DNA of 48,118 nt, taken from the NCBI RefSeq assembly GCF_004010195.1, contig NC_057719.1:58676010-58724127 (forward strand), in the 5' to 3' direction. The position numbers and the translations under genes were made by a program. The DNA is from Chiloscyllium plagiosum (lineage: Eukaryota). Every line of letters begins with the position of its first letter. Position 1 is the first letter of the stretch. The notes beneath the pieces are model-generated. The model had not been told where the DNA came from. It worked only from the letters and a program-made list of their open reading frames with translations, and ran no database searches. Shown here one piece after another: positions 1 through 11,717 of this stretch.

Positions 1-217
1 TAGATCTAGATGCCATCTATCAACCCCTCAGAAAACAAACAGGAAATGACATCACCACAAACCCCAGGAACCCCATCCAGGAGAAAGATATAAATAGAAA
101 GCAGGAGACAACAGCTTCGCTTCACTTGGAGGTCGCCACTGATGATGTTACCTAGCCAGGTAATGAAATGTCTGGATATCAAACCTACAGCTCAGCGAGC
201 AAACCTACACCCTAAAC
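1..217 (+). mobile_element. Penelope-like element 3' end (ORF C-terminus + pLTR), family B, runs off window start; abuts a CR1
   Basis: Frame from 3 reads DLDAIYQPLRKQ..., resembling PLE ORF C-termini, and is open to TAG 153-155. Contains a hammerhead motif at 136-175. CR1 ORF2 sequence resumes at ~218. Confidence 0.7.
136..175 (+). ncRNA. Minimal type I hammerhead ribozyme motif (partly decayed)
   Basis: CCA(136-138)/UGG(173-175) stem I; CUGAUGA 139-145; extra U; stem II GUUACC/GGUAAU with loop UAGCCA; GAAA 165-168; UG-UC (likely CpG-decayed ACGU palindrome). Confidence 0.7.
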
Positions 218-710
218 AATACTGATCTCCCTCCTATTGGAAGGATGTTGTGAAACTTGATAGGGTTCAGAAAAGATTTACAAAAATGTTGTCAGGATTG
301 GAGGATTTGAGTTTTAGGGAGAGGCTGGATAGACTGGGGCTGTTTTTTTTCTAGCGCATCAGAGGCTGAGGGGTGACCTTTTGGAGGTTTGTAAAAAATC
401 ATGAGGGGCATGGATAGGGTAAATAGATAACGTCTTTTCCCTGGGCTCAAGGGTGAGAAGGGAAAAATTTAAAAGGGTCATAAGGGGCAATTTTTTCATG
501 CAGAGGGTGGTGCATGTATGGAATGAGCTGCCAGAGGAATTGTGGATGCTGCTACAATTACAACATTCAAAAGGCATCTGGATGGATATATGAATAGGAA
601 GGGTTTAGAGGGATATGGGCTAAGTGCTGGCAAATGGGATTATCTGGTTGGCATGGGCAAATTGGACCAAAGGCTGTGTTTCTGTGCTGAGTACCTCTAT
701 GATTCTATGA
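218..710 (+). mobile_element. CR1 LINE 3' fragment
   Basis: ORF2 C-terminal motifs (SPSYWKDVVKL.RVQKRFT, WNELPEE, TTFKRHLDGYM) and CTATGATTCTATGA-type tail. Confidence 0.9.
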
Positions 711-1559
711 AATGCCCCCAATACAGATGGATGAGATGAGATGCAAATGACTTGGCAGGAGCACTATAATTTGTTGGTGAGTTCCAAACTACAGTAATGA
801 GGTAATGAACTGTCTGCTGAGGTAGTATGAGATTGGTCGAAATGATGTAGTGAAGGTGGTGTTTTCCCAATGCCAACTTTATTAGTTTGAGAGTGAAGGC
901 TGTCAATGTCCATGGAGAGTACCATGAGATGTTGGGGAATGATGGCTAATATGGAGCTTTGGTGAGCTGCAACTCAGACTTCTGGTCAGGAATTGTCGAC
1001 GTCTAATTTTCAAATTTCTCACAGTTGATTGAAAACAAAACTACACAGATAATCTATTCATAATTGTAAATTAATTCTCTGATCCTTTTTTCCCATTTGT
1101 TGTCTCAGGCAGCTTAGACACATGGTCAAGTATTGGATTTATGAGTGACATCCTAGAAAACCCCAGCTCTTAAAGGACTATCGTCAGTACGATATCCTTG
1201 CAAAAGCATTTGTGTATACAATATGGAGCTAGGTACCAAAGTGATACAAACTTATTTCAGTTTGGTGTATACCTCTTCATGCATACATGGCCACCAAAGG
1301 GCGCTATTACCCTCCTCCTTCTTCAATAAAAATGTGCACAATGTTTGAGTTCCACACAACTTGGGGACATTTATTTTCCTTTCATTTAGTCACAAATCAA
1401 ATGCATTCACTGGTGTTCTATTCTTACACGATGCTTCCATTTTTGACCCAAACCTTCAGAATTTGGGAAGACCTTGACCCATCTCGCCTGAGTTTAATGA
1501 GATGCTTTCCACAACAAAGGCTGATTTGGATCTTGACATTCAATTCAACTTTTCACTTT

Positions 1560-1800
1560 GAAATGCATGTCTGTTTGATTCTGTCTGAGATCTGCATTGG
1601 TTTGAGGCAAAACATATATTGGAGTTACAACTCTACATGGGTACTATTTGTCTGTTTCATCAGGACCTCTGATCCTTCCCAATTGCTGCCTCCTTCATAA
1701 ACATCTGAAAGGAAAACATGACCTATACATATAACACTAACCTTTCCACTGTGAAACACCTTGACCAAATCTGTATAAGAATCAAATATTTTGACATTTC
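1560..1800 (+). pseudogene. Very old Penelope GIY-YIG endonuclease remnant
   Basis: Stop-ridden translation KCMSV*FCLRSALV*GKTYIGVTT and, downstream, FHCETP*PN..N.IF*HF. Both echo the CGLLYIGET and IFRLGTLQPQGMNLDF motifs of the young copy at 42821-43143. Confidence 0.4.
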
Positions 1801-3296
1801 TTCCTTGCAGCTAATACAACCACTTATGCTGTTAATCTTTCACTTTAATCTTCTGGTTTCATTTCAGACTATTTTCTTTTGCTCTACTGCTGTTATTCTT
1901 CCTTTTTTCATTCTCCTTATTTCCCTTCCACTGACTGTTTTTCAGCAATGAAAACCTCATTCAGGCCTGACTCCTAAGAAATGACTTCATTGTTGCCAGT
2001 CACCCTTATTAGTGTGAAGTGTGTTACAATAAAGTAAGAAAACTTTTGCCATGTTTTTACAACTGACATTTCTTCTTATGTACAAAACTGTCATTGTTGC
2101 CAGTCATAATTTCATCAGGGAATCCATGATCTCAAACGGACTAGCCATAATGTTTACAGTTTTGATAGTTTTGTTCCTTCTTTGAAACCTCCCAAATAAC
2201 TATCTGTTGCAAAGAATAGCTATTGCTATTAAAATTCTAAGAAATTTAATGTGTAGCCTCTGCCACACTCTAACTGGCCATTTCCTGTTACAAAGGATTC
2301 AATGGCACTTTCTTTTCTACTGCTTCACTTACTGTCTCACTGACTTCTAGGTCCTTATCTAACCTTGACCACCAAAACTGGATCCTCAGTAGATTCATTA
2401 TCAAACTCATCTTTGACTTTTACCTTTCCAGAATTATAACTTTGCTTCCCCTTATCTACTAACTACAAAATGGCCTGATTTCTACATCCAGTACCTGTGT
2501 TTGCCACCCATTTTCAACCTGGTTGTACAGCATTGCCAATAATAGGTTCTGTCAGTGTTCTCTAAAATGACTAGTAACTCATCTCAGTATGAAAAAAAAA
2601 TCCAGCTTTCCTATTGGGCTCTATACTAATGAGGACAATAATCTAAACATTTAATCAACATGACAGTGATCTTCTGATCATCTGTACTTAATGTCATTTT
2701 TACAAACAAACAGAATCACAGCCTATTTTTGCATTCAGGCTGTAGCTAAAGTGTACACTGGCGATGTTGAATTCCAAATAGCTATCAGGCTCATGATCAG
2801 TTTCAGTAAGGAATCTACAACAATACATGTAATTATGAAACCCTCTTGCACAAAAATCAAAGGCAAATCATACATTCTATGTGAGCATAATTTCACTCAA
2901 CAGCACTGAGGATGCATGAGCCAAATGCAATTGGTCTGTTCTTGACATGTCCCAATGTGTGAAAAATCACTTTGTCTACATGGAGAGGTGTCACATATTA
3001 GCTACATTTTTGAACAAATCAAAATGTACAGAACTATTACACCCTCTACTTTTCCATATATTGAATGCTTTCTCAGATTCCTTTGTCCATTTCCATGGAA
3101 TGTCGTTCCTCGAGTTCATTCAATTGCTATAATAGTATTGCCAAATTTGGTGTGAAATTACTGTACCAATTCACTAGGTACATTTCACATATACCTTCAC
3201 CTAAGTGCCATGCTTTTCCAAATGTTGGAGCACTTTTTGTCAACCCATTATGATGAGGCTGCCAGTTTGGGCTGAAGTAAGTATATCATATAAATA

Positions 3297-3493
3297 GGAG
3301 AAAGTGAGGACTGCAAATGCTGGAGATCAGAGTCAAAAAGTATGTTGCTGGAAAAGCACAGCCGGTCAGGTAGCATCCGAGGAGCAGGAGAGTCGACGTT
3401 TCCTGATGAAGAGCCTATGCTCAAAACATCGACTCTCCTGCTCCTCGGATGCTGCCTGGCCTGCTATGCTTTTCCAGCACCACACTTTTTGAC
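3297..3493. mobile_element. Non-coding fold-back pLTR element, family A, with decayed hammerhead at 3403-3430 (+)
   Basis: Inverted arms (agtcaaaaagt...gagtcgacgttt / aaacatcgactc...tttttgact) around CUGAUGA-A-GAGC-CUAU-GCUC-AAAA-CAUC. Degenerate TSD tatcatataaatag 3284-3297 / tatcatccaaatag 3494-3507. Confidence 0.85.
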
Positions 3494-4439
3494 TATCATC
3501 CAAATAGCACACTACTTTCTGAATTCCCTGAAGAACTTGTTTTTTAACCCATTGGAAAATGCTATAAGCAAAGAAACATCAAATTACAGCCTATAAGCCT
3601 TAAATAGATCCATACGTGCATTAATAGTCAATTATGACGTGTGTCTTACTCAAGTTGCAGATAGGCATTTGTAAAATGTAACTTTGAAGTAGTTGCCCAG
3701 GAAAGTTAGAGGATTGACACCCACTGTAACTCATGAATAACTATTAAACTGAACCTTGACTTACCACTTGACACTGACCCATGACTACACACCTCCCACT
3801 CTCCCCAAAGCCCTGAGAGTAAAGATCTATCAGCCTCTGACCTGACACCCTATGAGACCAGACAAGCTTCCTCTCCACGTGCCCAACTTCTACAAGCCTG
3901 TCCTGACAAGCTCTTCAATCAGAAATCTTTTCTATAACCCTTTTTCTCAGCCTATCCTAAACATTCAACTACTTACTTGACACCTTGCCCCACTCACCTA
4001 CCTAGCAATCCAACCTACACCCACTTGGTAATGTCTACCTAACCCACCTGGCAGCCTACTCCATCTTATGTCACTCTAACCTCCAAAATACATGCCACCA
4101 TTATCCCTCACCCATCTCCCGTCAAAACCCTCAACTTCCCCTCCATCAACCAACCTCCCACATTTACTCCCTCATTTACAATTGCCCCCATCTTTACCTT
4201 ACAAACTTGTCTTTTGACAGTAGTTGGTAAATTGGCTAGCTGTGCTGTTGGTCACTTAACCCTCAGCATACAGCACTTCTGCAAAAGGGGACACAATCTC
4301 CATGCTGACTTTGCTGTTGGAGGTGAAGTTTTGTGGGCAAATCTCTGTTTTTGTGTAGCAGGAGGCTCAGAATTGATGAAAAGGAAAGTGAGTTTTTTTT
4401 TACTTAATCAGGGTATTTCAACTGTTTCAATTTGCATTC

Positions 4440-5200
4440 AGAGAATCATACTTGTGAACCCCAAGGTCCCTTTGCTCCTGTATTCCCCTCATTGTACCAT
4501 TGAACTTGTGGTGTCGTTCCATATTTCTTCTACCAAAGTGCACTACCTCACAATTCTCTTCATTGAAATTCAGCTCCAGGTGTCTGCCCATTTAGCCAAT
4601 TTATCATTGTTACTCTGAAGTCACTCAGCATCATCCTCAAAATTCACTATTCTCCACAGCATTGTGTTATCTATAAATTTAGAGATGTTGCCTTCAGCGC
4701 CCATCTTCAAATCATAAAAAGCACAATTCCCAACACCAATATTTGGGGAGCACCACTTTTAACTTATTTTTAGTTTGAGAAATGTACATCAATTCCGACC
4801 ATCTGTTTGCTATCTTTTAGCCAACTTCTAATTCATGCTGCCAAGGATCCATTATTCCCAACCATTTCTTATTTGCTCACCAACCTGTAATGTCGCACTG
4901 TATCAAATACTTTCTGAAAGTCCAAATATACAACATTCACAGCACTACCCTCATCCATTGCATTGTCACTTCATCAAAGAATTCAATTAAATTTGTTAGC
5001 CATGACTTGCTCTTGACAAAACCACATTGATGGTGTCATATTAATTTATATTTATTATTTACCTTATCCTGTATTATGGCCTGCATGAGTTTTTCAAATA
5101 TTGATGTCAAGCTGACAATTCTGTAGTTTCCTGGGTTATCCTTTGCTGTTTTCTTAAACAAGTGTCATATTTGCAATCCTCCTGGACCCAGGAACTAATC
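4440..5200 (-). mobile_element. Old CR1 LINE RT fragment
   Basis: Reverse strand shows decayed YLDFQKVFDTV, SGAPQILV and KWADTW motifs. Confidence 0.7.
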
Positions 5201-5472
5201 CAGTGTTGAGAGGGACTTGGAAAATCTCCCATTACCGCCGGGCCTGACCTCTCTACCTGGAATATTGCCAGCCTTTGTAGCACCTCTTCATCTATCACTG
5301 TACTGCTCAGTTGTTCAACACACACACATTTTCAACCAGGCCATTGTCACCATCCTCTTATGTGGATGAAACTCCTGTCCAATCTGCACTGTAGCTGCAC
5401 AATAGTTGTCATATATGAGATTTGTTTGACAAAATGGACCTGCTGAGTGACTAATTTCTTGTCACCATCGTG

Positions 5473-5650
5473 TGCCTTGCACATCTTGTTTAAAACCTCC
5501 TCCTCTCACCTTAAATCTATGCCCCTTGTATTTGACATTTCTATCCTGGGAAAAAGACTCCATCCATCCACTCTATCCATGCCTCTCATAATTTTGTATA
5601 CTTCTATTCGGTAGCTTCTTAACCTTTGACACTGCAAAAGTAATTTAAGT
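5473..5650. repeat. Local direct duplicate of 6814-6993
   Basis: ~180 bp near-identical, differing by a few substitutions and small indels. Confidence 0.9.
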
Positions 5651-5721
5651 CTGAACAGAGTAGTCCTACACAGTCATCATTGGTGCCCTCTGCAAAAGGA
5701 GGCTCCAAAGAATCTCTTTTA

Positions 5722-5870
5722 TTCTTTATACTTTCCTGGGAAGTGGGTGTCACAGATTGAGGCCAGCATTTTGTTGTCCATCCCCAACTGCTGTTCAATT
5801 GTGTGACTTGCTAGGCCATTTTAGAGGGCATTTAAGAGTTAATCAAATTGTTAATGGTCTGGAACCACAT
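5722..5870 (-). mobile_element. LINE/SINE 3' tail fragment (same tail as SINE at 22316-22673)
   Basis: Matches ggccagcattt..ccatcccc..agagggc..ttaagagt.aa.ca.attg..ggtctgga. Further copies at ~9895-9982 (+) and ~27920-28020 (-). Confidence 0.65.
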
Positions 5871-6667
5871 TTTCAACGTCTTTGGGTGATAATGGAATAA
5901 ATCAAATATGTATAATCGTTGGATCTTTTCTTTCTCTGGTGGAAGGTGCGTGATGGAGTCATCTGTCCTAAGGTCTGGAAGATGCTCAGCTGAAACATTG
6001 CTGATCATCCTCGTCTCAAGATGTCCTTGTCAGATGTCATCCAAAACTGTTCATCTCTTATGCATTTGTCCACTTCATCTATCTCTTCTACTTTCAGTCT
6101 TCCTCCAAGGAAGAATTACATTCCAGGTGTACTTTCTCCAATTTTAGTCCACTTTGTGTCATTATCTTATGCAGCATGCAGCAAACAGGTACAATGTAAG
6201 TCACCCTGGTTGATTTGTACTGGAGACCACCACCTGGCTGGTCAAGGTGCTGGAATCACATCTTCGAGATGCCAATGAATTGTTCAATGCATGTGAAAGT
6301 GATGGCTTTGATTGTAGCACCTGTCTCCATCTGTAGCTGTGTACCAGATGGTCAGAATCTGGGTGCATCCCCAAAGAGGTGCAGTACCTGGAATATTCAC
6401 AGGGTGAAATAATCATGACAGCCAGGTTTTCACTTAAAGACAATGAAAGTCGAAATTTGTGTAATTATCACATAGAGAAAAAAAAACATCTGGTGGCTAT
6501 ATTCATTGCTAATGTTAAATGTTCAGTTGTAAGTCATGGCATGGAAATCCATTTGTATATTCTTCTCAAACTCACTCAACAGTGCACTTCCAAATCCAAG
6601 AAATCTAGATCTTTCTAAATCATGACTTTGACCTTTTTGTCAAATTGGAGTATCTTTATAGACGGAA

Positions 6668-7040
6668 GTAAAAGAGTGCAGCACAGGAACAGACCCTTCT
6701 TTCTGCATGTGACTCATATCCCTCTATTCCCTGCCTTTTAAATATTGCTATTATATCTGCTTCTACATCTCTTGTAGCAGAACATTCAAGGCACCTACCA
6801 TTTCCTAAAAACCTGCCTTACACATTTGTTTAAAACCTCCTCCTCTCACCTTAAAATCTATGCCCCTTGTATTTGACATTTCTATCCTGGGAAAAAGACT
6901 CCATCCATCCACTCTATCCATGCCTCTCATAATTTTATATACTTCTATTCGGTAGCCTCTTAACCTTTGACACTCTGCAAAAGTAATTTAAGTTTATCCA
7001 ATCTCTCCTTACAGTTAATTCATTCCAATCCAGGCAAATT
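6668..7040 (-). mobile_element. CR1 LINE 3' fragment
   Basis: Antisense CR1 3' end (cagcacaggaacagacccttc; ctcaccttaaa.ctatgcccc; ccatgcctctcataatttt). Confidence 0.75.
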
Positions 7041-7498
7041 TGTTTTGTTATTGGAAACTGATTTGAAATTATGAAATTCGGCTGTCTATATTGCTACCTC
7101 TGACCTTTAACTATCTGCAAGTGACTTAATTTTTCTTTTGCAATGGGGTTTGGACAGAGATCGTTCAAGGATGTGAAGAAAAGTTCATTTGCATTGTAGC
7201 ATCCATTCTGAAAATACTTAACCGGACATTGAGCACTGTCATTTTAAAAAAAGAAAATTCAACAAGCATAATTAAGTAAAATAAAAGCACACACTGTGGT
7301 GGTAGAAATTGGAAATAAACGCAAAGTGCTGAAAGTAGTCTAAGTCTGGCAGAATCTGTGGTCAGAGAAATGGCTGCAGAGTTTCAGGTCAAATATGACA
7401 TTTTTAGTTGAAATCGGAGAATAAACTGGTAAAAGTGATGGGATCAAGAATGACTCAAATGTTGAGCATTATTTGGTATTCAGTGACCTACTGGTTAC

Positions 7499-7632
7499 CT
7501 GAATGAGTTTAATGGTAGTATTATTTTGGAAGATCCTGCCTTTGTGATCTCCAGTTTCTTTTATACATGGGTTATAATGTACCTCAAGATTAGGGTTAAA
7601 ACACCTCTGCAGCAATCGCAAAAGGTATGAAC
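7499..7632 (-). CDS. Candidate host coding exon (GSYLLRLLQRCFNPNLEVHYNPCIKETGDHKGRIFQNNTTIKLIQ), product unknown
   Basis: Non-repetitive; acceptor ctccatgtccttttag|G, donor CAG|gtaacc. One frame is open (phase 1 in, phase 0 out) and the other two contain stops. Alternative acceptors give starts at 7692 or 7704. Confidence 0.4.
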
Positions 7633-8024
7633 CTAAAAGGACATGGAGACTGTGGAACCCTTTCTCAATAACACATCCATGTTGTTGTTCGTCTGTGATG
7701 AAATCTGTGATGAAAAACGTTTTCAAAATTTCCTGTTCTATAAACCCTTTTTGTGAATATATAATGGATTCACTCAATGAGGGGGAAAGACATGTTTGAA
7801 CAGTCTGAAATTCTACATAGCTAATTTGGGTCAAAAGTTCATGTGTAGGTAGGGCAAGCCATGTAGGATCTTGGACATACTTTGTATAAATGTTTGATTA
7901 ATCTGGTTATGTTTTTCACGTTAACTTGCATAGCAGGTTTAGCCAGTTATTGATTTTTTTCTTTCTTTTCAAGGAGTAAAACTGAATATGTAATATAGAT
8001 ATGAACTGACTTTGAGTATTGAAT

Positions 8025-8415
8025 AAAATAGAAAGCAAATACTGCAAATCTGAATATTTGAAATAAGTGCTGGGAAAACACAGCAGGTCTGGCAGCAGCT
8101 GTGGAGAGATGAATTAATTGAATGTTTTGGATCCATTATGACTCTTCTTTGGAAACAGTCTATGACCTGAACCCAGTTGGTGTCATTTTAATTCACTACC
8201 TTTCTTCTTCCTAACCGACCCTTCCCACTTCTTTCAAAACATACAATCCATCACATTACTACCTTTCTAGTTGAGAGTGAAAATGCTAACTCCTATTTGC
8301 TCCTCTTCTTACAGATCTTACCAGACCTTGTCACAAATTAACTATCATACATTAACAATTGTGACAACTGTTTAAAGGTGACTGCAGTAATTTTCCAGTA
8401 CTTGCTTTATATTTA
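8025..8415. mobile_element. Old, decayed inverted-pLTR Penelope-derived element; related pieces at ~7285-7400 and ~16110-16205
   Basis: Minus arm (cacagcaggtctggcagcagctgtggagaga...atgactcttctttgg) with an eroded hammerhead-like core, and a plus arm (tacagatcttaccagacc...ttttccagta). Confidence 0.5.
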
Positions 8416-8619
8416 CGATATTTGAATGTGTATTAATTTGATCTTGATGGGCCTACCATTTGTTTTCCCTTTCAATAACCATTAACATCACTATCTATTT
8501 TGTCAGATAGGCTGACAAAATATCCACTTCTGAATATTTACCTGCTTGTCTTAATTTTCAGATTTACAGTCCAATTTTGTTCCCACTTATGCAAAATTCC
8601 CTCTTCTTAGACAACCTCC

Positions 8620-8945
8620 AAAACCAACAATGACTTTCTTCCACTCCAATGTGGGTCCTGATGTGACTAAACTGTCCAATGTTGGATCCATATATTCTGA
8701 CACTGGAGAAGGTGGAGTTTGAAGAGACAGATGGGTGGTGTGATTAGTTTTCACATGCCCATTGTTTGCCATTAACCTCCACCTGAGTCTGTCGAAAATG
8801 CTGAAAATGCTTGGTATATACACAGATTCTTTTTCAGTTTTGGCAGTCTTTTACAAGAGATTCCCATGAGTTGCATTTTTTTCAAGGCGGCTTTGAGAAC
8901 ATCCTTGAAACATTTTCTTCATCTTCCTGGTAACCGCTTATGGTG
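8620..8945 (-). mobile_element. RTE-clade LINE 3' end fragment
   Basis: Translates KRLPGR*RKCFKDVLKAALKKCNSWESL and RIYGSNIGQFSHIRTH, typical of RTE ORF C-termini. Confidence 0.75.
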
Positions 8946-8946
8946 A

Positions 8947-9430
8947 AACCAGACTCTGCCAGCCTGGTCTGAGATTGCTGCCCAGGTCAGCATGATCTCC
9001 ACTATTCTGTGTAGTACAGAGCAGTGTAGAATGAAGATCATTGATCACCTTCATTCTACAAGGTAAGTGCCAACGTCTGCTCTCTGCTATCTCATATTCA
9101 CTCCATCTTTGCCACTCCACCAACCTCCCACCAAGGTTCATGCTCTAACACTCTCACAATTGCATGTAACATCTTTCCTTGCTCCTCCTCATCCATCCAA
9201 ATCTCCTGCAAATCTAACTCAGCATGGCCTTCTTGCTGCCTACTCACTCAGTCTGGACACCTCACTAATTTTGCCAATCTGCCCCAGCACTAACAGCTGT
9301 GTAATCTACTTCCAGTGCATTCAATCCCTTACTTTGTCTCATTGAAGAGAAAATAGCCCACAATAAGGCTGAAAGAGCCAAGATGGGTAGTGCGGTATTC
9401 GACATTAGGTTCCTCATCCTCTTCCTCCAA
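8947..9430 (+). pseudogene. PIF/Harbinger Myb/SANT-like DNA-binding ORF remnant with intron (related decayed sequence probably continues to ~10450)
   Basis: 8947-9062 NQTLPAWSEIAAQVSMISTILCSTEQCRMKIIDHLHST, then GTAAGT donor at 9063. From ~9347, EKIAHNKAERAKMGSAVFDIRFL. Junction phases are no longer compatible. Confidence 0.65.
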
Positions 9431-10639
9431 AGGGATGCAGACACTTGCAGGCGCAGACTGCAGTAGGCCACATGGAGATGCAGTGACATCCATACAACCA
9501 AGTAAATATCATTCTCCATTCAAGTGCAACTCTCACATTAACCCTGCTATGATTATTATTCACCTCACACAACTTCTTAATCTTATCCACAGCACATTCT
9601 CTCTTTTGTGTCTTGCAATTTTCAGCAGGATGTCCATGTATTGTGCAACTCTTGCCCTTCAGCACATCTGAGGAGGAGAGTTCAGAGGCCTCAAAGAAAG
9701 CATAAGTAAGGCTGCCTCTCAGAGCACTAAGTGGTGAGCACATCAGAGCGATGTCTTTGCAGCTGACCAAAGGAAAAGCATCCCAGGTATTGGCACTCAA
9801 AAGACTGCTGGAGATCTGACATCTGCTTAGTCCCAGGAAGAAAGGCCCCCATAGTATTGGCAGTTTGGGACTCTGTACATTGCATAAGGACACACAGAAG
9901 CATCAAGCAGTTCAAGAAGGCAGCTCACCAACAGCTTCTCAGGCACAGCCAGCAATGCCCACATCCCATGAGTTAATAATAAAATGTCCATGGGCCCTTG
10001 CGGCACAGAAACTGCTGGAATGGAGCAAAGCTATGAGGTCCTTGGTGCCACAATGGCTGCTTCCATGGTGAAGATGGCAACTACTATGGAGACCCAGGTC
10101 CAGCAGTCTTAGAGCTTGGTGAATATACAAATAGACCTGCATTCCATCTGTTGGTCCTCAGTAACGACAACAAGACAACAGGGGCATGGAGGACTTTGAC
10201 CTCACTCCAGGCACCCCTTCCTCACAACAAAAGAGGGCAGTGCCAGTAGGCATCTAGCCACAGAAGGAACTCTCTGTCCTTTCAGGACAAAGGGAACAGG
10301 ACCTAATATCTTCATTTGCCTGTCACTCTCAGACCTGAGGGAGTTTAAGATGAGGAATGTACACTTACCTCTGCAAGGACATACTCAGCGGGCCTGAGCC
10401 ATCTTGACAAATGCTCCCCCAGGTTGCCCAGTCAAACTTCCAAGGCCAAAAGGCTCCACTTTAAGTCAGGCTCATTCCACTCCAGATGCAGATTCTGAGA
10501 TGTAGAAGGAGGGAAGGAGAAATGAAAACCTCTTGAGTGCTCATTAGTAGCATGGATTATATTGCAACACATACTAATGCTCAAGTTTGCAAACATGTTT
10601 GCACTGTTCCATATAAACTGTTTGCCAGGCATCCTGTTT

Positions 10640-11226
10640 GAATTGAATTAAATTAGCTTTATTTGTCGCATGTACTCAAATGAGTACAGTGAAAAGTTTA
10701 TATATCGCCACCTCCAGCACCATCTCAGGTACAAAGGTATGTAGATACAGTCCTTGGTGACAGAATAGAGAAATGAAGCAAAACAAAGTTACATTATAGT
10801 TACATTACAGTATAACCATAAGTCAGAAAAATAAGAAGCAAAGTCTCTCTCCAAAGGCTCTGCACATCAGACCAGCGCAAGGGGAGCCCACGTGATCTGA
10901 CTGCTGGCTAATGCCTTGCTCCAGCTGCTGTTTTTCGGCATCTTCACTCCGGCTGCTGTTCATTGGCATCCCCGCTTCATGCCACTGATCACTGGCATCC
11001 TCGCTTCAAGCTGCTGGTCACCGATGTTCCCGCTCTAGCAGTTGGTTGCTGGGATCCCCGCTCTGGCCGCTTGGTCGCTGACGTCCCCGCTCTGGCCACT
11101 GGCATCTCCGTTGACCCCGCTTTGGAGCCTGGGAGTTGGAGGCTGGGGCCAAGTGTCCGAAGCTGAGAGAAGGGAGGAGGGATGGAGAGATAAAAAGAAA
11201 AAGAATGGGTGTAGCAGAGGAGCTCA
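10640..11226 (-). mobile_element. Short non-autonomous retroelement with LINE-like tail and internal minisatellite
   Basis: Minus-strand 3' end ...ttttcactgtactcatttgagtacatgcgacaaataaagctaatttaattcaattcaa; GC-rich interior; family not identified. Confidence 0.5.
10913..11105. repeat. Degenerate ~28-29 bp GC-rich minisatellite, ~6-7 units
   Basis: Units such as ccccgcttcatgccactgatcactggcat / cctcgcttcaagctgctggtcaccgatgt / ccccgctctggccgcttggtcgctgacgt. Confidence 0.75.
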
Positions 11227-11717
11227 TTGGTCCATGGTACACCATACATCAATGTCTTGACAACTGCAGCACCATGTACTGTACAGACAAGTTTGTGCAT
11301 TGTATTTGATAAAGTCTCTGGCAACATTTCTCCAAGTGGCCAGACATTGCTATTGCATCACAGGTTTCAACTGGCAAAGCCTTTGATCTTCTATAAAATG
11401 ATCAGCAATTTGTTTGAGGCAGGGAGAAGCATTGCACACAGTAAGTTAATGCCTAAGAATCTGCAGGGATTGGGAGCCCTCTGAAGATATATTTCTTCAG
11501 AAATGTTGTTGCCATTTTGAGGGGCCTTACATCACTGATTTTTGCAACCCCCTCCTTCACAGGTCAAGGCACTTGTCCCATCCACTCCAAGTGTGGTAGT
11601 GGCTACTTTCTGCAACATTGTGTTCGTAATTTTCAGGAAAATGTAAGGTGATACAAAGCGCTCCTTCCACACTGACTTCCAGGCTCTGCCTGGAATCAAC
11701 ATCAACCATCTTATGCA

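Noticed and set aside
5890..6420. Overlapping short ORFs suggesting a retroelement fragment
   Set aside because: No diagnostic motif recognised.
7620..7665. GFHSLHVLLGS resembles mitochondrial COX3 GFHGLHVIIGS (possible NUMT)
   Set aside because: Similarity is confined to ~11 residues and the flanks do not follow COX3; probably chance.
8327..8366. Small inverted repeat ttgtcacaa...ttgtgacaa
   Set aside because: Only ~9 bp arms and no clear TSD; insufficient to call a MITE.
10913..11105. CRISPR-like spacing of ~29 bp repeats
   Set aside because: Units are degenerate and contiguous with no unique spacers; eukaryotic minisatellite.
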